Shown here: piece by piece, positions 37,924-46,631 of the stretch
Layout of the letters: each line of letters starts with the position of its first letter
Numbering within the stretch: position 1 is the first letter of the stretch
Sequence record: MT446388.1
Length of the DNA: 64,000 nucleotides
Source: Escherichia virus TH10
Strand: one strand, 5' to 3'
The notes under the pieces: generated by a model
The model's database searches: none
What the model was told of the DNA's origin: nothing
Seen by the model: only the letters and a program-made list of their open reading frames with translations
Program-made: the position numbers and the translations under genes

Positions 37924-38175
37924 TAGCTATAAAAGAGAGGGGTTCATACCCTTCTTTGAAGAAAAAAGTTTAAATAAATTTCAGGAAGAGTGTTTGACAA
38001 AGGTTGATAGGTTCTATAGAATGCTCTACATGAAATGTGATGGGGGTGTCGAAGTAGAGAAAAAGTCCTATCACAATACTGTCACAGTCATCATCACTAT
38101 ACCTGAACATAATATTGGTTGGCTGTTTGTAATAAAAGAAAATGTGTTTGAATATCAAGTATATCGGAGAATATC

Positions 38176-38325
38176 ATGAAACACTCTAAAGCATTTGAAA
38201 AAGTTTTTGGGGATTCCTTAAAAGCCACTGCTGGAAAACCAGCAAAATACTATGAAGAGAAGCGTGTAAGAACTGGAAAAACTGCACGCAAAGCATCTTC
38301 TAAAGATAAGCACAACTTCCAGTAA
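38176..38325 (+). CDS. small basic protein (49 aa, below ORF-track cutoff)
   Basis: ATG 38176 preceded by ggaga RBS; MKHSKAFEKVFGDSLKATAGKPAKYYEEKRVRTGKTARKASSKDKHNFQ. Confidence 0.25.
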   Translation: MKHSKAFEKVFGDSLKATAGKPAKYYEEKRVRTGKTARKASSKDKHNFQ

Positions 38326-38332
38326 TTAATGT

Positions 38333-38361
38333 TTGACAATAGAGTATCAACAAATTAGAAT
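38333..38361 (+). promoter_or_regulatory. strong sigma70-like promoter (TTGACA-17-TAGAAT)
   Basis: ttgaca 38333-38338, 17-bp spacer, tagaat 38356-38361; 37 bp upstream of 38398 gene. Confidence 0.6.
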
Positions 38362-38397
38362 TGGTACTCTTCATAAATTGAGATAGAGGTTTAAATA

Positions 38398-39255
38398 ATG
38401 TCTAAAGTTGTTAAAATGAAAGCTCCGGTAGAGAAGTACAACGGTACTGAACGTCAAACTCTGCGTTACCTTCTGAAAGATGTCTGGTTTTATTACCTGA
38501 ACACTTCACCACGTCCGGGAAAAGGTAAGTCCATTGATAAGAAATTCCCAGGCAAAGACTGTAACTACAGCGTTTCAATTCTGGCAGAAGATGGTAACAA
38601 GCTGTTTAAAGAGTTTACTAAGTCTAAGAAAAACCCAGAAGGTTGGGATAAAGTTACTACTGAAGCAGTTGATGCAGATGACTTCGAAGAGAAGTTTGGT
38701 TGTAAACCACCTTTTGAAGCAGACACTTACTACATCTTGAAAGTAAGTCGTGCAGCAGCTTATAAAGACGGTGCTGTGTGGACAGCTAAACAGTCATTCC
38801 CTGTGATGCTGATTGAAGAAGTAAATGGTAAGCGTGTAGCTGTTAAACAGCCGATGAAGAAAATCAAAGCTCAAGCATCTGATAAACATGAAGATGACAA
38901 GAACTATGATGTAATTCATCCAGATATTGCAGTCGGTAACGGTTCTTTTGGTAGTGTGATTCTTTCTACTCACTTCTACACTTTTGAGAACAATGTTCTT
39001 ACAAAACCTATTCAGGAACAGTTTATCATTGATACCCTTGTACCTTACACTGGTGGTAACGGTGCTAATGGTGAACCTGAACTGGATGAAGATGAACTGG
39101 CTATGCTTGGTCTTGATGGTGTTGAAGATAACGGTGAAATCACTGAAGAAGATGCAACAGACCACAAACCTTCTAATGACTCTGATGATGGCGATGACGA
39201 AGACTTGCCAGACCCAGATGACGAAGAAGATGAAGACTTCGATACAGAAGACTAA
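38398..39255 (+). CDS. single-stranded DNA-binding protein (candidate)
   Basis: 285-aa ORF, highly expressed codon usage, extreme acidic C-terminal tail DDGDDEDLPDPDDEEDEDFDTED with penultimate aromatic; own promoter and terminator. Confidence 0.5.
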   Translation: MSKVVKMKAPVEKYNGTERQTLRYLLKDVWFYYLNTSPRPGKGKSIDKKFPGKDCNYSVSILAEDGNKLFKEFTKSKKNPEGWDKVTTEAVDADDFEEKFGCKPPFEADTYYILKVSRAAAYKDGAVWTAKQSFPVMLIEEVNGKRVAVKQPMKKIKAQASDKHEDDKNYDVIHPDIAVGNGSFGSVILSTHFYTFENNVLTKPIQEQFIIDTLVPYTGGNGANGEPELDEDELAMLGLDGVEDNGEITEEDATDHKPSNDSDDGDDEDLPDPDDEEDEDFDTED

Positions 39256-39273
39256 TCTCTAAAAAGTTACTTT

Positions 39274-39305
39274 AAAGCCCTGTACTTAGTATGGGGCTTT
39301 TTCAT
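39274..39305 (+). terminator. rho-independent terminator
   Basis: aaagccc-loop-gggcttt followed by ttttt. Confidence 0.55.
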
Positions 39306-39318
39306 ATGGAGAGCCATA

Positions 39319-40359
39319 ATGGAGAAGTACACATTAACAAAACTTCCAGATTCAGTTACACATGTCTTTATTGACTCTGACAGCATTGCCTATAAAGGTG
39401 CTTGTGTAGTTGAGAAAGCAAAGTATAAATACGTTAATAAACTCACAGCAGAAGAATCTGAACCATTTGATAATGCGAAAGATGCTGCAAGATGGTTAGC
39501 AGACCAGAGAATCCTTGTGGAAGAGCTTGGCCTGACATTTGATGAAGATGAATGGGAAAGACAAACTTGGAAAGAAGCTAAGAGTGAAAAAGAAGCTATC
39601 ATGGCTACTCAACAGGTGCTTCAGGAATGGCTTAAGATTGTTGGTAAAGAAAGAACTTGGGTAGGTTATTTAACAGAGAAGGGTGTGCATAAACATAAAG
39701 ACATTAAAGGTCTTGAGCACCAATATCAAGGTAACCGTAAAGATGCCGTCACACCAACACACTTAGTCGCTTGTCGTGAATACCTTTTATCCAGACCAGA
39801 GTTCAAGCTCTTAAAGGGGGGCTTCGAAGCCGATTCAATCGTAATTGCTAAAGCTGAAAATATGGGTAAGAAGGCTGCTCTTATGAGTATTGACAAAGAC
39901 CTTCGACAAGCTGAAGGAACTTATTGTATTGATATGACTTATGAAAAATCACCACTAATCTTTATTGCTGATAATAATGTTGGTGATATCTGGGATTGTC
40001 CTATCAAATCAAAACCAAAAGCTGCAAAAACAGTTGGTGTAGGTTTTAAATTCTTGTGCTATCAGGCTGTTGCTGGAGATAATGCAGACAACTACTTCGG
40101 ACTTAAAGGTGCTGGTAAAGTAGCTGTGATGAATGCTTTAGAGGGTAAAGAGACCTACAAAGAGTGTCTTGACGCTATCTATGAACTTTATGCTAAAAAA
40201 GATTCTTATACCTATGTGTCATGGGATGGACAGACTGTTACCAAAACACCATTAGAGTTAATGGAACAGCACTTCTGGATAGCATATCAAGAGAGAAATC
40301 CAAAAGACAATTTCTCTTTCAAGAAATATAATTGGGAGCCGTGTATGAATGAAGATTAA
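39319..40359 (+). CDS. 5'-3' exonuclease / flap endonuclease (RNase H-like, FEN family)
   Basis: N-terminal VFIDSDSIAYKG, central GFEADSIVIA and SIDKDLRQ matching FEN/T4 RNase H motif blocks. Confidence 0.65.
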   Translation: MEKYTLTKLPDSVTHVFIDSDSIAYKGACVVEKAKYKYVNKLTAEESEPFDNAKDAARWLADQRILVEELGLTFDEDEWERQTWKEAKSEKEAIMATQQVLQEWLKIVGKERTWVGYLTEKGVHKHKDIKGLEHQYQGNRKDAVTPTHLVACREYLLSRPEFKLLKGGFEADSIVIAKAENMGKKAALMSIDKDLRQAEGTYCIDMTYEKSPLIFIADNNVGDIWDCPIKSKPKAAKTVGVGFKFLCYQAVAGDNADNYFGLKGAGKVAVMNALEGKETYKECLDAIYELYAKKDSYTYVSWDGQTVTKTPLELMEQHFWIAYQERNPKDNFSFKKYNWEPCMNED

Positions 40360-40846
40360 AGGATTTGGCAATTGCCCTACCTACGGTCATTGGGTATCTT
40401 TATGTGGGGAAGTTGACCCCACTAAACATTTTGGTTTTGTCTATTTAGTATATTGTAAGAAAACCAGACAATATTATATAGGGAAGAAACAGTTTAATAG
40501 CGTGACCAAAAGAAAAGTTGCTGGCAAGACTCGGAAGAAGGTAGTCACTAAGGAGAGTGATTGGATGACTTACGAGACTTCTTCTGAGTATATTAAAAAA
40601 GATATTGAGAGCTTTGGAAAAGAATTTTTTGACTTTTACATTATCCAAACCTACTACACGAAAGGTGGTCTAGTTTATGGTGAAGCAAACCTCCAACATA
40701 AATTCGATGTAATGACAAAAAGGATTGACTCTAAGCTCAGACTCTTCTACAATGCCAACATTGCAGCAATTAAGTTTATCACTAAAGAAACTTATGAGGA
40801 TGCTGAAAAAAGAATCCATAAGGTAATGAAAGCAAATTGTGCTTGA
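40349..40846 (+). CDS. GIY-YIG homing endonuclease
   Basis: FGFVYLVYCKKTRQYYIGKK GIY-YIG signature near N-terminus. Confidence 0.6.
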   Translation: MKIKGFGNCPTYGHWVSLCGEVDPTKHFGFVYLVYCKKTRQYYIGKKQFNSVTKRKVAGKTRKKVVTKESDWMTYETSSEYIKKDIESFGKEFFDFYIIQTYYTKGGLVYGEANLQHKFDVMTKRIDSKLRLFYNANIAAIKFITKETYEDAEKRIHKVMKANCA

Positions 40847-40852
40847 TAACTA

Positions 40853-41098
40853 TTGAGAGAGAATAAAATGTTTAACAAAAGTAAAGCTGTGAGTCATGTA
40901 GCAAAAGTTGACAGCAAGATTGAAGAACTTGAGCGCATCCTTGCAAATGCCAGAGAGTCAATAATTAAAGAAGTTGAAGCTGTTGAATCTCAAATGCAGC
41001 ACCTAATGCTTAAACGTCAAGAGTTACGTGAGCATCTGGAATATATTGAAACACGAGAGCTAAAAGTTAACAGATTTTTAAGGAGTCCGAATGTTTAA
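40853..41098 (+). CDS. hypothetical small coiled-coil protein
   Basis: 81-aa ORF. Confidence 0.4.
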   Translation: MRENKMFNKSKAVSHVAKVDSKIEELERILANARESIIKEVEAVESQMQHLMLKRQELREHLEYIETRELKVNRFLRSPNV

Positions 41099-41846
41099 CT
41101 CAAGAGAATCAGTAAAAAACTGGAATCTTCGTTGCGGAAACACCCAAAAGCAACCTTACAGTGATGAGTATTGGGAATCTTTGAAATCCCAGTCTCTGTG
41201 TATGCTTGAAGAAGCAAAAGAGCTTGTAAAAGCAATTGAAGAGAAAGACCCCATTGAGACACTGGATGCTCAGGCAGATTTACAATATGTTCTTGACGGT
41301 TTGATTTACCTGTCACAACATGACCATAACGGTGCTATGGAAGCTGTTTGCCATAATAATGACCTGAAGTACACAGATGACTATGAAGAAGCTTTAAAAC
41401 GTCTTGCAGATATTGAGAAGCGTACTGGTCAAGAGTGTATTATCAGAATGTCAGTAGTTGATGGTAAAGAATGGTATGCGATTGTTCGTGCAGCCGATGG
41501 GAAGATTATGAAGCAATCAAATCTCCCTAAAGTACAGCTTGGTGAATACATTGTAGAACTTGAAAGCCAAGAACTTTTTGTGGTAGTATCTGAGACATGC
41601 GTTATCTGCAAAGGTATTGTAGATAGCTTAAAGGATTTGGGTGTAGATGGTTTTGTAGAAGTTAATCCAATTACCTCTAAAGCAGATAAAGATTTCTGTA
41701 AAGAGAATGGACTATGGATTGCAGATATTGTCTACTATGATGGTGAGCAGTTCCATGTAACCTCATACCCGAAACTGAATTATGATGCTAATAACCTGAA
41801 GTGCTGGTTAAAAGGGGTTGGTTATAATGGATTCACAGAACATTAA
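41091..41846 (+). CDS. hypothetical protein with MazG-like all-alpha NTP pyrophosphatase N-terminal region (candidate)
   Basis: LEEAKELVKAIEE...ETLDAQADLQYVLDGL resembles the EExxE...D MazG motif; weak. Confidence 0.35.
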   Translation: MFNSRESVKNWNLRCGNTQKQPYSDEYWESLKSQSLCMLEEAKELVKAIEEKDPIETLDAQADLQYVLDGLIYLSQHDHNGAMEAVCHNNDLKYTDDYEEALKRLADIEKRTGQECIIRMSVVDGKEWYAIVRAADGKIMKQSNLPKVQLGEYIVELESQELFVVVSETCVICKGIVDSLKDLGVDGFVEVNPITSKADKDFCKENGLWIADIVYYDGEQFHVTSYPKLNYDANNLKCWLKGVGYNGFTEH

Positions 41847-42150
41847 TAAAGAAGGTGTGGCTCAGAAGAGCCACTTCTCAAACTACAATATTTCTATGAC
41901 GGTGTTTATGAATGACCCGTTACTAGAAAAGTACGGAGAAACTCCAGATACACTTCTGGATAATGAACAAGTTTTAAGAGCAGTTCTGTACAAATACGGG
42001 ATTGATATTGAAAAAGAGTATTCTTTTGAAATTTGCCAACATAGAAATACTTTTGGTAAAGTTGTAGTCGCCCCCCTATTCATGGGTGTAGAAAGAACTG
42101 ACTATGGTTGGTTGTATCTAAAAAGAAACTTGGAGAAATACCGTGTCTAA
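41818..42150 (+). CDS. hypothetical protein
   Basis: 110-aa ORF. Confidence 0.4.
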   Translation: MVIMDSQNINKEGVAQKSHFSNYNISMTVFMNDPLLEKYGETPDTLLDNEQVLRAVLYKYGIDIEKEYSFEICQHRNTFGKVVVAPLFMGVERTDYGWLYLKRNLEKYRV

Positions 42151-42478
42151 AACAAAAAAGCTATCTTATGATGACATCATCTCAGGTGCTAAGTTAGGTG
42201 TTGACAGTATCGGACAAGATATCAAGCACGGGGACACAGTGATGTACTGTGATGACCGAAGAGGAAGAAGTGCAATCTTGTTTGGAAGAATTGTTTGCAA
42301 GATGCGAGGTAATTACGTTGTTGCAGACATGGATGAGAACACTACACAAGAGCTTGAAGCAATTATGAATGGCAACACCTCATCGTGGTTCCTGAATTGT
42401 ATGCACACTGCTTCAGTCACAAAGGTAAGTGATAAGTTTTACGACATGTGGCAGAATGAGCAAATTTTCAAGATTTAA
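42143..42478 (+). CDS. hypothetical protein
   Basis: 111-aa ORF followed by terminator. Confidence 0.45.
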   Translation: MSKTKKLSYDDIISGAKLGVDSIGQDIKHGDTVMYCDDRRGRSAILFGRIVCKMRGNYVVADMDENTTQELEAIMNGNTSSWFLNCMHTASVTKVSDKFYDMWQNEQIFKI

Positions 42479-42483
42479 ACTAG

Positions 42484-42507
42484 GGAGCCTCTTCGGAGGC
42501 TCTTTTC
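42484..42507 (+). terminator. rho-independent terminator (UUCG tetraloop)
   Basis: ggagcctc-ttcg-gaggctc-tttt. Confidence 0.7.
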
Positions 42508-42524
42508 ATCTGTAGGATTTAAAA

Positions 42525-44759
42525 ATGATTAAGACAATTAAAAAATCAAACGGTACAGTAGTAAGCTTTGACCCAGAAAGACTGAATAAGTGGGCATCAT
42601 GGGCAGATAAACGTGGAATTATCTGGTCAGAAGTCACTATGGAAGCTATGAAACGTGTCTATGAAGGTTGCACTACAAAAGAGATGCACCAAGCCATGAT
42701 TGATGTTTGTGTTGATAAACAAACTCAAGAGTACTCAGATATGGCTGGACGGCTACTTCTGGGGATTATCTACAAAGAAGCCTTTGGAGGCTTTACTAAG
42801 GTTCCTACGCTGATTACCTTCGTTAAAAATATGGAGAGAGCAGGACTTTGGGAGAAGATGGACTATTCACAGGAAGAGCTTGAATACCTGCAAGGTTACA
42901 TCGTGCACTCAAAAGATATCTCCTACGGTTATGCAGTCTTGAAACAGTTCAGAGACAAGTATGGCATCCGTGATATTAAAACGGGAAGACTTTTTGAGTC
43001 ACCACAATTTATGTTCATGGGTATGGCTATGAAAGCCTTTGAGAAGCAACCAAAGCACCGTAGACTGCAAGATGTTATCAAGCTGTACACTTACCTATCT
43101 GACCTAAAGATTAACGCCCCTACACCTTATTTAAATGGTTTAAGAGCTACTAAATCAGGTTATGCGTCATGTTGTTTGATTAAGGCGAACGATACTGCCG
43201 AATCACTTGGTATTGCTGCAAAGGTTGCTTATGACATGACTACAAAGCAAGCTGGTATCGGGATGCTGATGGAGACTCGCACTATTGGTGATGGTATCCG
43301 TCAAAACACGATTGAGCACATGGGTAAGCTGCCTTATTATAAGCTTGTACGTTCATCTGTAGAGGCAAACAAACAGAAGAGTCGTGGTGGTTCAGCTAAT
43401 AACTTCTACACTGCTCTAGACCCGCAGATTGAAGATTTACTGCGTTTGAAGCACCCGACAACGGTTCCTTCTAAACGTATTAATGAGATGGACTACTCAT
43501 TCGGCACAAACGATTATTTCTGGCAGTGTGTTCAGTATGATACAGACTGGTTGCTATTCTCTTACAAAGATGCACCAAAACTCTATGACATGTTCTACAC
43601 AGCATCTGCTGATGAGTTTGCTATGGCAGTTGGTCACGCAGTACATTCAGGAGTCAAGCACAGACGAGTCAAGGCTCGTGAAATTGCTAAGCTGTTTATT
43701 CAACAGCGTTATGCTACAGGTCGTGTGTATCCATTCTTCACTAACAATGCAAACACACATACACCATTTAAAGAACCATTGAAGATGTCAAATCTTTGCA
43801 TGGAAATTGTGTTGCCAGTGTATGGTTTTGAGAAAGAGACAGACCTTTACAGAGACGATGCTGTGAAAGAGGATGGTGAGGTGGCTCTTTGCTTCCTAGC
43901 TAGTTTGGTTGCAGGGAGAATTTCAGAAGATGAATACGCTGACGTTGCTTATTATGCTCTTGCAATGGTTGACTCCGTTATTGACCTTATGGATTATCCG
44001 TATCCGTCGATGCGTAACCATGTTCAGAAGCGTCGTTCTGTTGGGATTGGCCTTACAAATGTGGCTCATTACCTTGCGAAGAACTACGTGAACTACTCTT
44101 CACGAGCAGGTAAGACAAAGCTTCATGAGCTTGCTGAAATGCACTCTTACTATCTGCATGAAGCCTCTCTGAGACTTGCTAAAGAGCGTGGAGTTCCAGA
44201 GTACATGAAGTTCACTAAGTACCCTGAAGGCTGGGTTCCTCCAAAGACAGCTAACAAGAAGATTGATGAAAAGCATGATGCAAAACTACGATATGATTGG
44301 GATAACTTAGCACAACGTATCAAAGAAAATGGTGGAATCCGAAACTCTGTATTAGAAGCTTACATGCCTAATGAGAGTTCTTCACTAGCAACTAATACGA
44401 CAAATGGTTTGTACCCAATTCGTGACTTTATTTTAACTAAAAAGTCTGCAACTGGTAACGTACTGTTTATTGTTCCAGATTATGAAGAGTTGAAGTATGT
44501 CTATGAAATTGCTTGGTATATCGACACCTTTGATATGATTGACTGTTATGCAATTGTTCAAAAGTTCACTGGTCAAGCTATCTCTTCAGACTTCTATGTT
44601 GACTATGCAAAGTCTAAGAAGGTATCATTGGCTCAAGCTCTGAAGTACATGATTTATGCCAACTCGGTAGGTATGAAAACCATGTACTATCTGAACAGCC
44701 GTATCGGTGTAGGTAAATCTGCACTGCAAGATGCTTATTGCGAGGGTTGTGGTGTTTAG
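42525..44759 (+). CDS. nrdA: ribonucleotide reductase class Ia large subunit
   Basis: 744 aa; N-terminal ATP-cone-like segment; active-site SNLCMEI motif; followed by nrdB. Confidence 0.88.
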   Translation: MIKTIKKSNGTVVSFDPERLNKWASWADKRGIIWSEVTMEAMKRVYEGCTTKEMHQAMIDVCVDKQTQEYSDMAGRLLLGIIYKEAFGGFTKVPTLITFVKNMERAGLWEKMDYSQEELEYLQGYIVHSKDISYGYAVLKQFRDKYGIRDIKTGRLFESPQFMFMGMAMKAFEKQPKHRRLQDVIKLYTYLSDLKINAPTPYLNGLRATKSGYASCCLIKANDTAESLGIAAKVAYDMTTKQAGIGMLMETRTIGDGIRQNTIEHMGKLPYYKLVRSSVEANKQKSRGGSANNFYTALDPQIEDLLRLKHPTTVPSKRINEMDYSFGTNDYFWQCVQYDTDWLLFSYKDAPKLYDMFYTASADEFAMAVGHAVHSGVKHRRVKAREIAKLFIQQRYATGRVYPFFTNNANTHTPFKEPLKMSNLCMEIVLPVYGFEKETDLYRDDAVKEDGEVALCFLASLVAGRISEDEYADVAYYALAMVDSVIDLMDYPYPSMRNHVQKRRSVGIGLTNVAHYLAKNYVNYSSRAGKTKLHELAEMHSYYLHEASLRLAKERGVPEYMKFTKYPEGWVPPKTANKKIDEKHDAKLRYDWDNLAQRIKENGGIRNSVLEAYMPNESSSLATNTTNGLYPIRDFILTKKSATGNVLFIVPDYEELKYVYEIAWYIDTFDMIDCYAIVQKFTGQAISSDFYVDYAKSKKVSLAQALKYMIYANSVGMKTMYYLNSRIGVGKSALQDAYCEGCGV

Positions 44760-44814
44760 TTTTAACAACTATGAGGGTCGTAAAAGACCCTCTAAAAATA
44801 ACTTTGGAGAGAGT

Positions 44815-45072
44815 ATGAAGGACTTAATAGCAAATCATGAGTGGCCAATTTATCTGCTCTACAAACCTCGGAAAACGTTGTACTATGTAAGTAGTACAGA
44901 TATGATGATAAAACAAAATGATGACTCATGGGTCGATGGTGTGTCATACATCTCTACAGCAGATGGTAAAATCTATGCAAGACCATATGAGATGTTCAAT
45001 GAAGAAAATTGGGAAGTTCTAGACCGAAAACAAGCCTTAGAAATGATAAAGAAAGGAGAAATCACACTATGA
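44815..45072 (+). CDS. hypothetical small protein between nrdA and nrdB
   Basis: ATG 44815 after ggagagag RBS; ATGA overlap with nrdB start. Confidence 0.35.
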   Translation: MKDLIANHEWPIYLLYKPRKTLYYVSSTDMMIKQNDDSWVDGVSYISTADGKIYARPYEMFNEENWEVLDRKQALEMIKKGEITL

Positions 45073-46142
45073 TTAACCAACACCCAATCTTTTTAGGTGG
45101 TGAGAGAAAGACATTTGACTCACTTAATAAACACTACCCAAAAATCTTTGAGCTTTATAAACAACAAAAAGCACAAGATTGGTCAGAAGATGAGTTCCCT
45201 TTTGAACAATCACGTCTTGATTTTGAGAGTGTCCCAGCATCAATGTCAGGTGTAATGCTTGAGATTCTTAAGTGGCAGTGGGAAGCAGATACCCAAGTTG
45301 CTAAGAGCTTGGCATTCGCCTTTGCACCATTCATCTCTGATGACATCTATGCAACTGCAATTATGAAGCAGTCTGAGATTGAAAACCTACATGCTCTTAC
45401 TTACTCAGAGATTGTAAGGCAATGTATTAAAAACCCTGAAACAATTTTAGATGAGATTAACCAGAATGTTGCTGTACAAGACCGATTAAAAACTGTGAAT
45501 CGTGTTCTTGAAGAATTACTGGATGAAGGTATAAACTACCGCCTGAGTTATGTCCGTGATTCACTTCTGGACAAAGACCCTTTACACTTCCATAAAGTGA
45601 TTCTGAAAGGGCTGTTTGCAGTGACTGCACTTGAAGGCATTTCCTTCATGGCATCCTTTGCATGTACCTTTGCACTTGATGCTCAGGATAAATTTCAGGG
45701 TATTGCTCAAGCTGTCCAGAAAATTATGCTTGATGAAATCCTTCACACCAAAATTGATATTGAAGTTTTAAAAGAAACTTTAAGAGATGATGAGTGGCAG
45801 AAAGCTTTTCAACAAATTCTTCCAGAGATTAAAGTAATCTTAGATGAAGTAGTTGAAAGTGAAGAGAAATGGTCGTATTATATCTTCTCCGAAGGACGTG
45901 CTGTAGTTGGCTTAAACACAAAACTTCTTCATGAGTGGGTTTACTATAATGCTGCCCCACTGTATGATATGTTTGGCATTCCCAGAGATTTTGTAGCTCC
46001 TAAAGAACCACCTTTGAAGTATATGATTAAGAAGATGGAAATTGATAAAGAGCAGAATGCTAATCAGGAGCAACAGAACGGTGCGTACCTGTTGAATACT
46101 GTTGTAGATGATTTGAATAGTGGATTTTTAGAGGTTCCTTAA
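45069..46142 (+). CDS. nrdB: ribonucleotide reductase class Ia small subunit
   Basis: Ferritin-like di-iron motifs (EGISFMASFA, DEILH); start at ATG 45069 after aaaggag RBS. Confidence 0.8.
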   Translation: MINQHPIFLGGERKTFDSLNKHYPKIFELYKQQKAQDWSEDEFPFEQSRLDFESVPASMSGVMLEILKWQWEADTQVAKSLAFAFAPFISDDIYATAIMKQSEIENLHALTYSEIVRQCIKNPETILDEINQNVAVQDRLKTVNRVLEELLDEGINYRLSYVRDSLLDKDPLHFHKVILKGLFAVTALEGISFMASFACTFALDAQDKFQGIAQAVQKIMLDEILHTKIDIEVLKETLRDDEWQKAFQQILPEIKVILDEVVESEEKWSYYIFSEGRAVVGLNTKLLHEWVYYNAAPLYDMFGIPRDFVAPKEPPLKYMIKKMEIDKEQNANQEQQNGAYLLNTVVDDLNSGFLEVP

Positions 46143-46384
46143 TGACTTATGTGATTTACTCCAAAACTGGATGCCCTCAGTGTGAGACTGCAAAGAATTT
46201 TGCAAAAGCTCGTGGTATTGACCATGTTGTGAGAATGTTAGGGCAGGATTATGAACTGTCAGACCTGATGGATATTGCACAGATGCCAGTTCGTCAGATG
46301 CCATTCATCATGAAAACTGATGGACAAAACCTAAAACCTGTTGGAACGCTACAGAATTTTATGGCAGAGGTGAATAATGCTTAA
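46142..46384 (+). CDS. glutaredoxin-like protein (NrdH-type redoxin)
   Basis: 80 aa, N-terminal YSKTGCPQCETAK CxxC thioredoxin-fold motif; coupled to nrdB. Confidence 0.7.
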   Translation: MTYVIYSKTGCPQCETAKNFAKARGIDHVVRMLGQDYELSDLMDIAQMPVRQMPFIMKTDGQNLKPVGTLQNFMAEVNNA

Positions 46385-46583
46385 ACGCCTTTGGGAAGGT
46401 CTGGTTGTTGATGCACCAGCCATTGTGATTGGTATGCTGATTGTTAACCTATTTACTGATTTTGAACAAGGTTCATTGTTTGGGGCCATGTTACTATGGG
46501 TTATCTTTGAAATATTAGAGATACAGTTAGGCATCACTGAAAAACTAAGAAAACTCGTTTCGAAGTTTTCTAAAAAGATTTAA
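46377..46583 (+). CDS. small two-TM membrane protein
   Basis: 68 aa, two hydrophobic segments. Confidence 0.4.
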   Translation: MLKRLWEGLVVDAPAIVIGMLIVNLFTDFEQGSLFGAMLLWVIFEILEIQLGITEKLRKLVSKFSKKI

Positions 46584-46587
46584 AATG

Positions 46588-46613
46588 AAAGGGTCTCTTC
46601 GGAGACCTTTTTA
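46588..46613 (+). terminator. rho-independent terminator (UUCG tetraloop)
   Basis: gggtctc-ttcg-gagacc-ttttt. Confidence 0.7.
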
Positions 46614-46631
46614 GCATGTAAAGGGGCAATA

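Noticed and set aside
37886-38179. 97-aa ORF overlapping the 3' end of the primase-helicase gene
   Set aside because: Starts inside the helicase coding region with no RBS; the shorter ORF at 38176..38325 with an RBS is the more plausible small gene in this gap.
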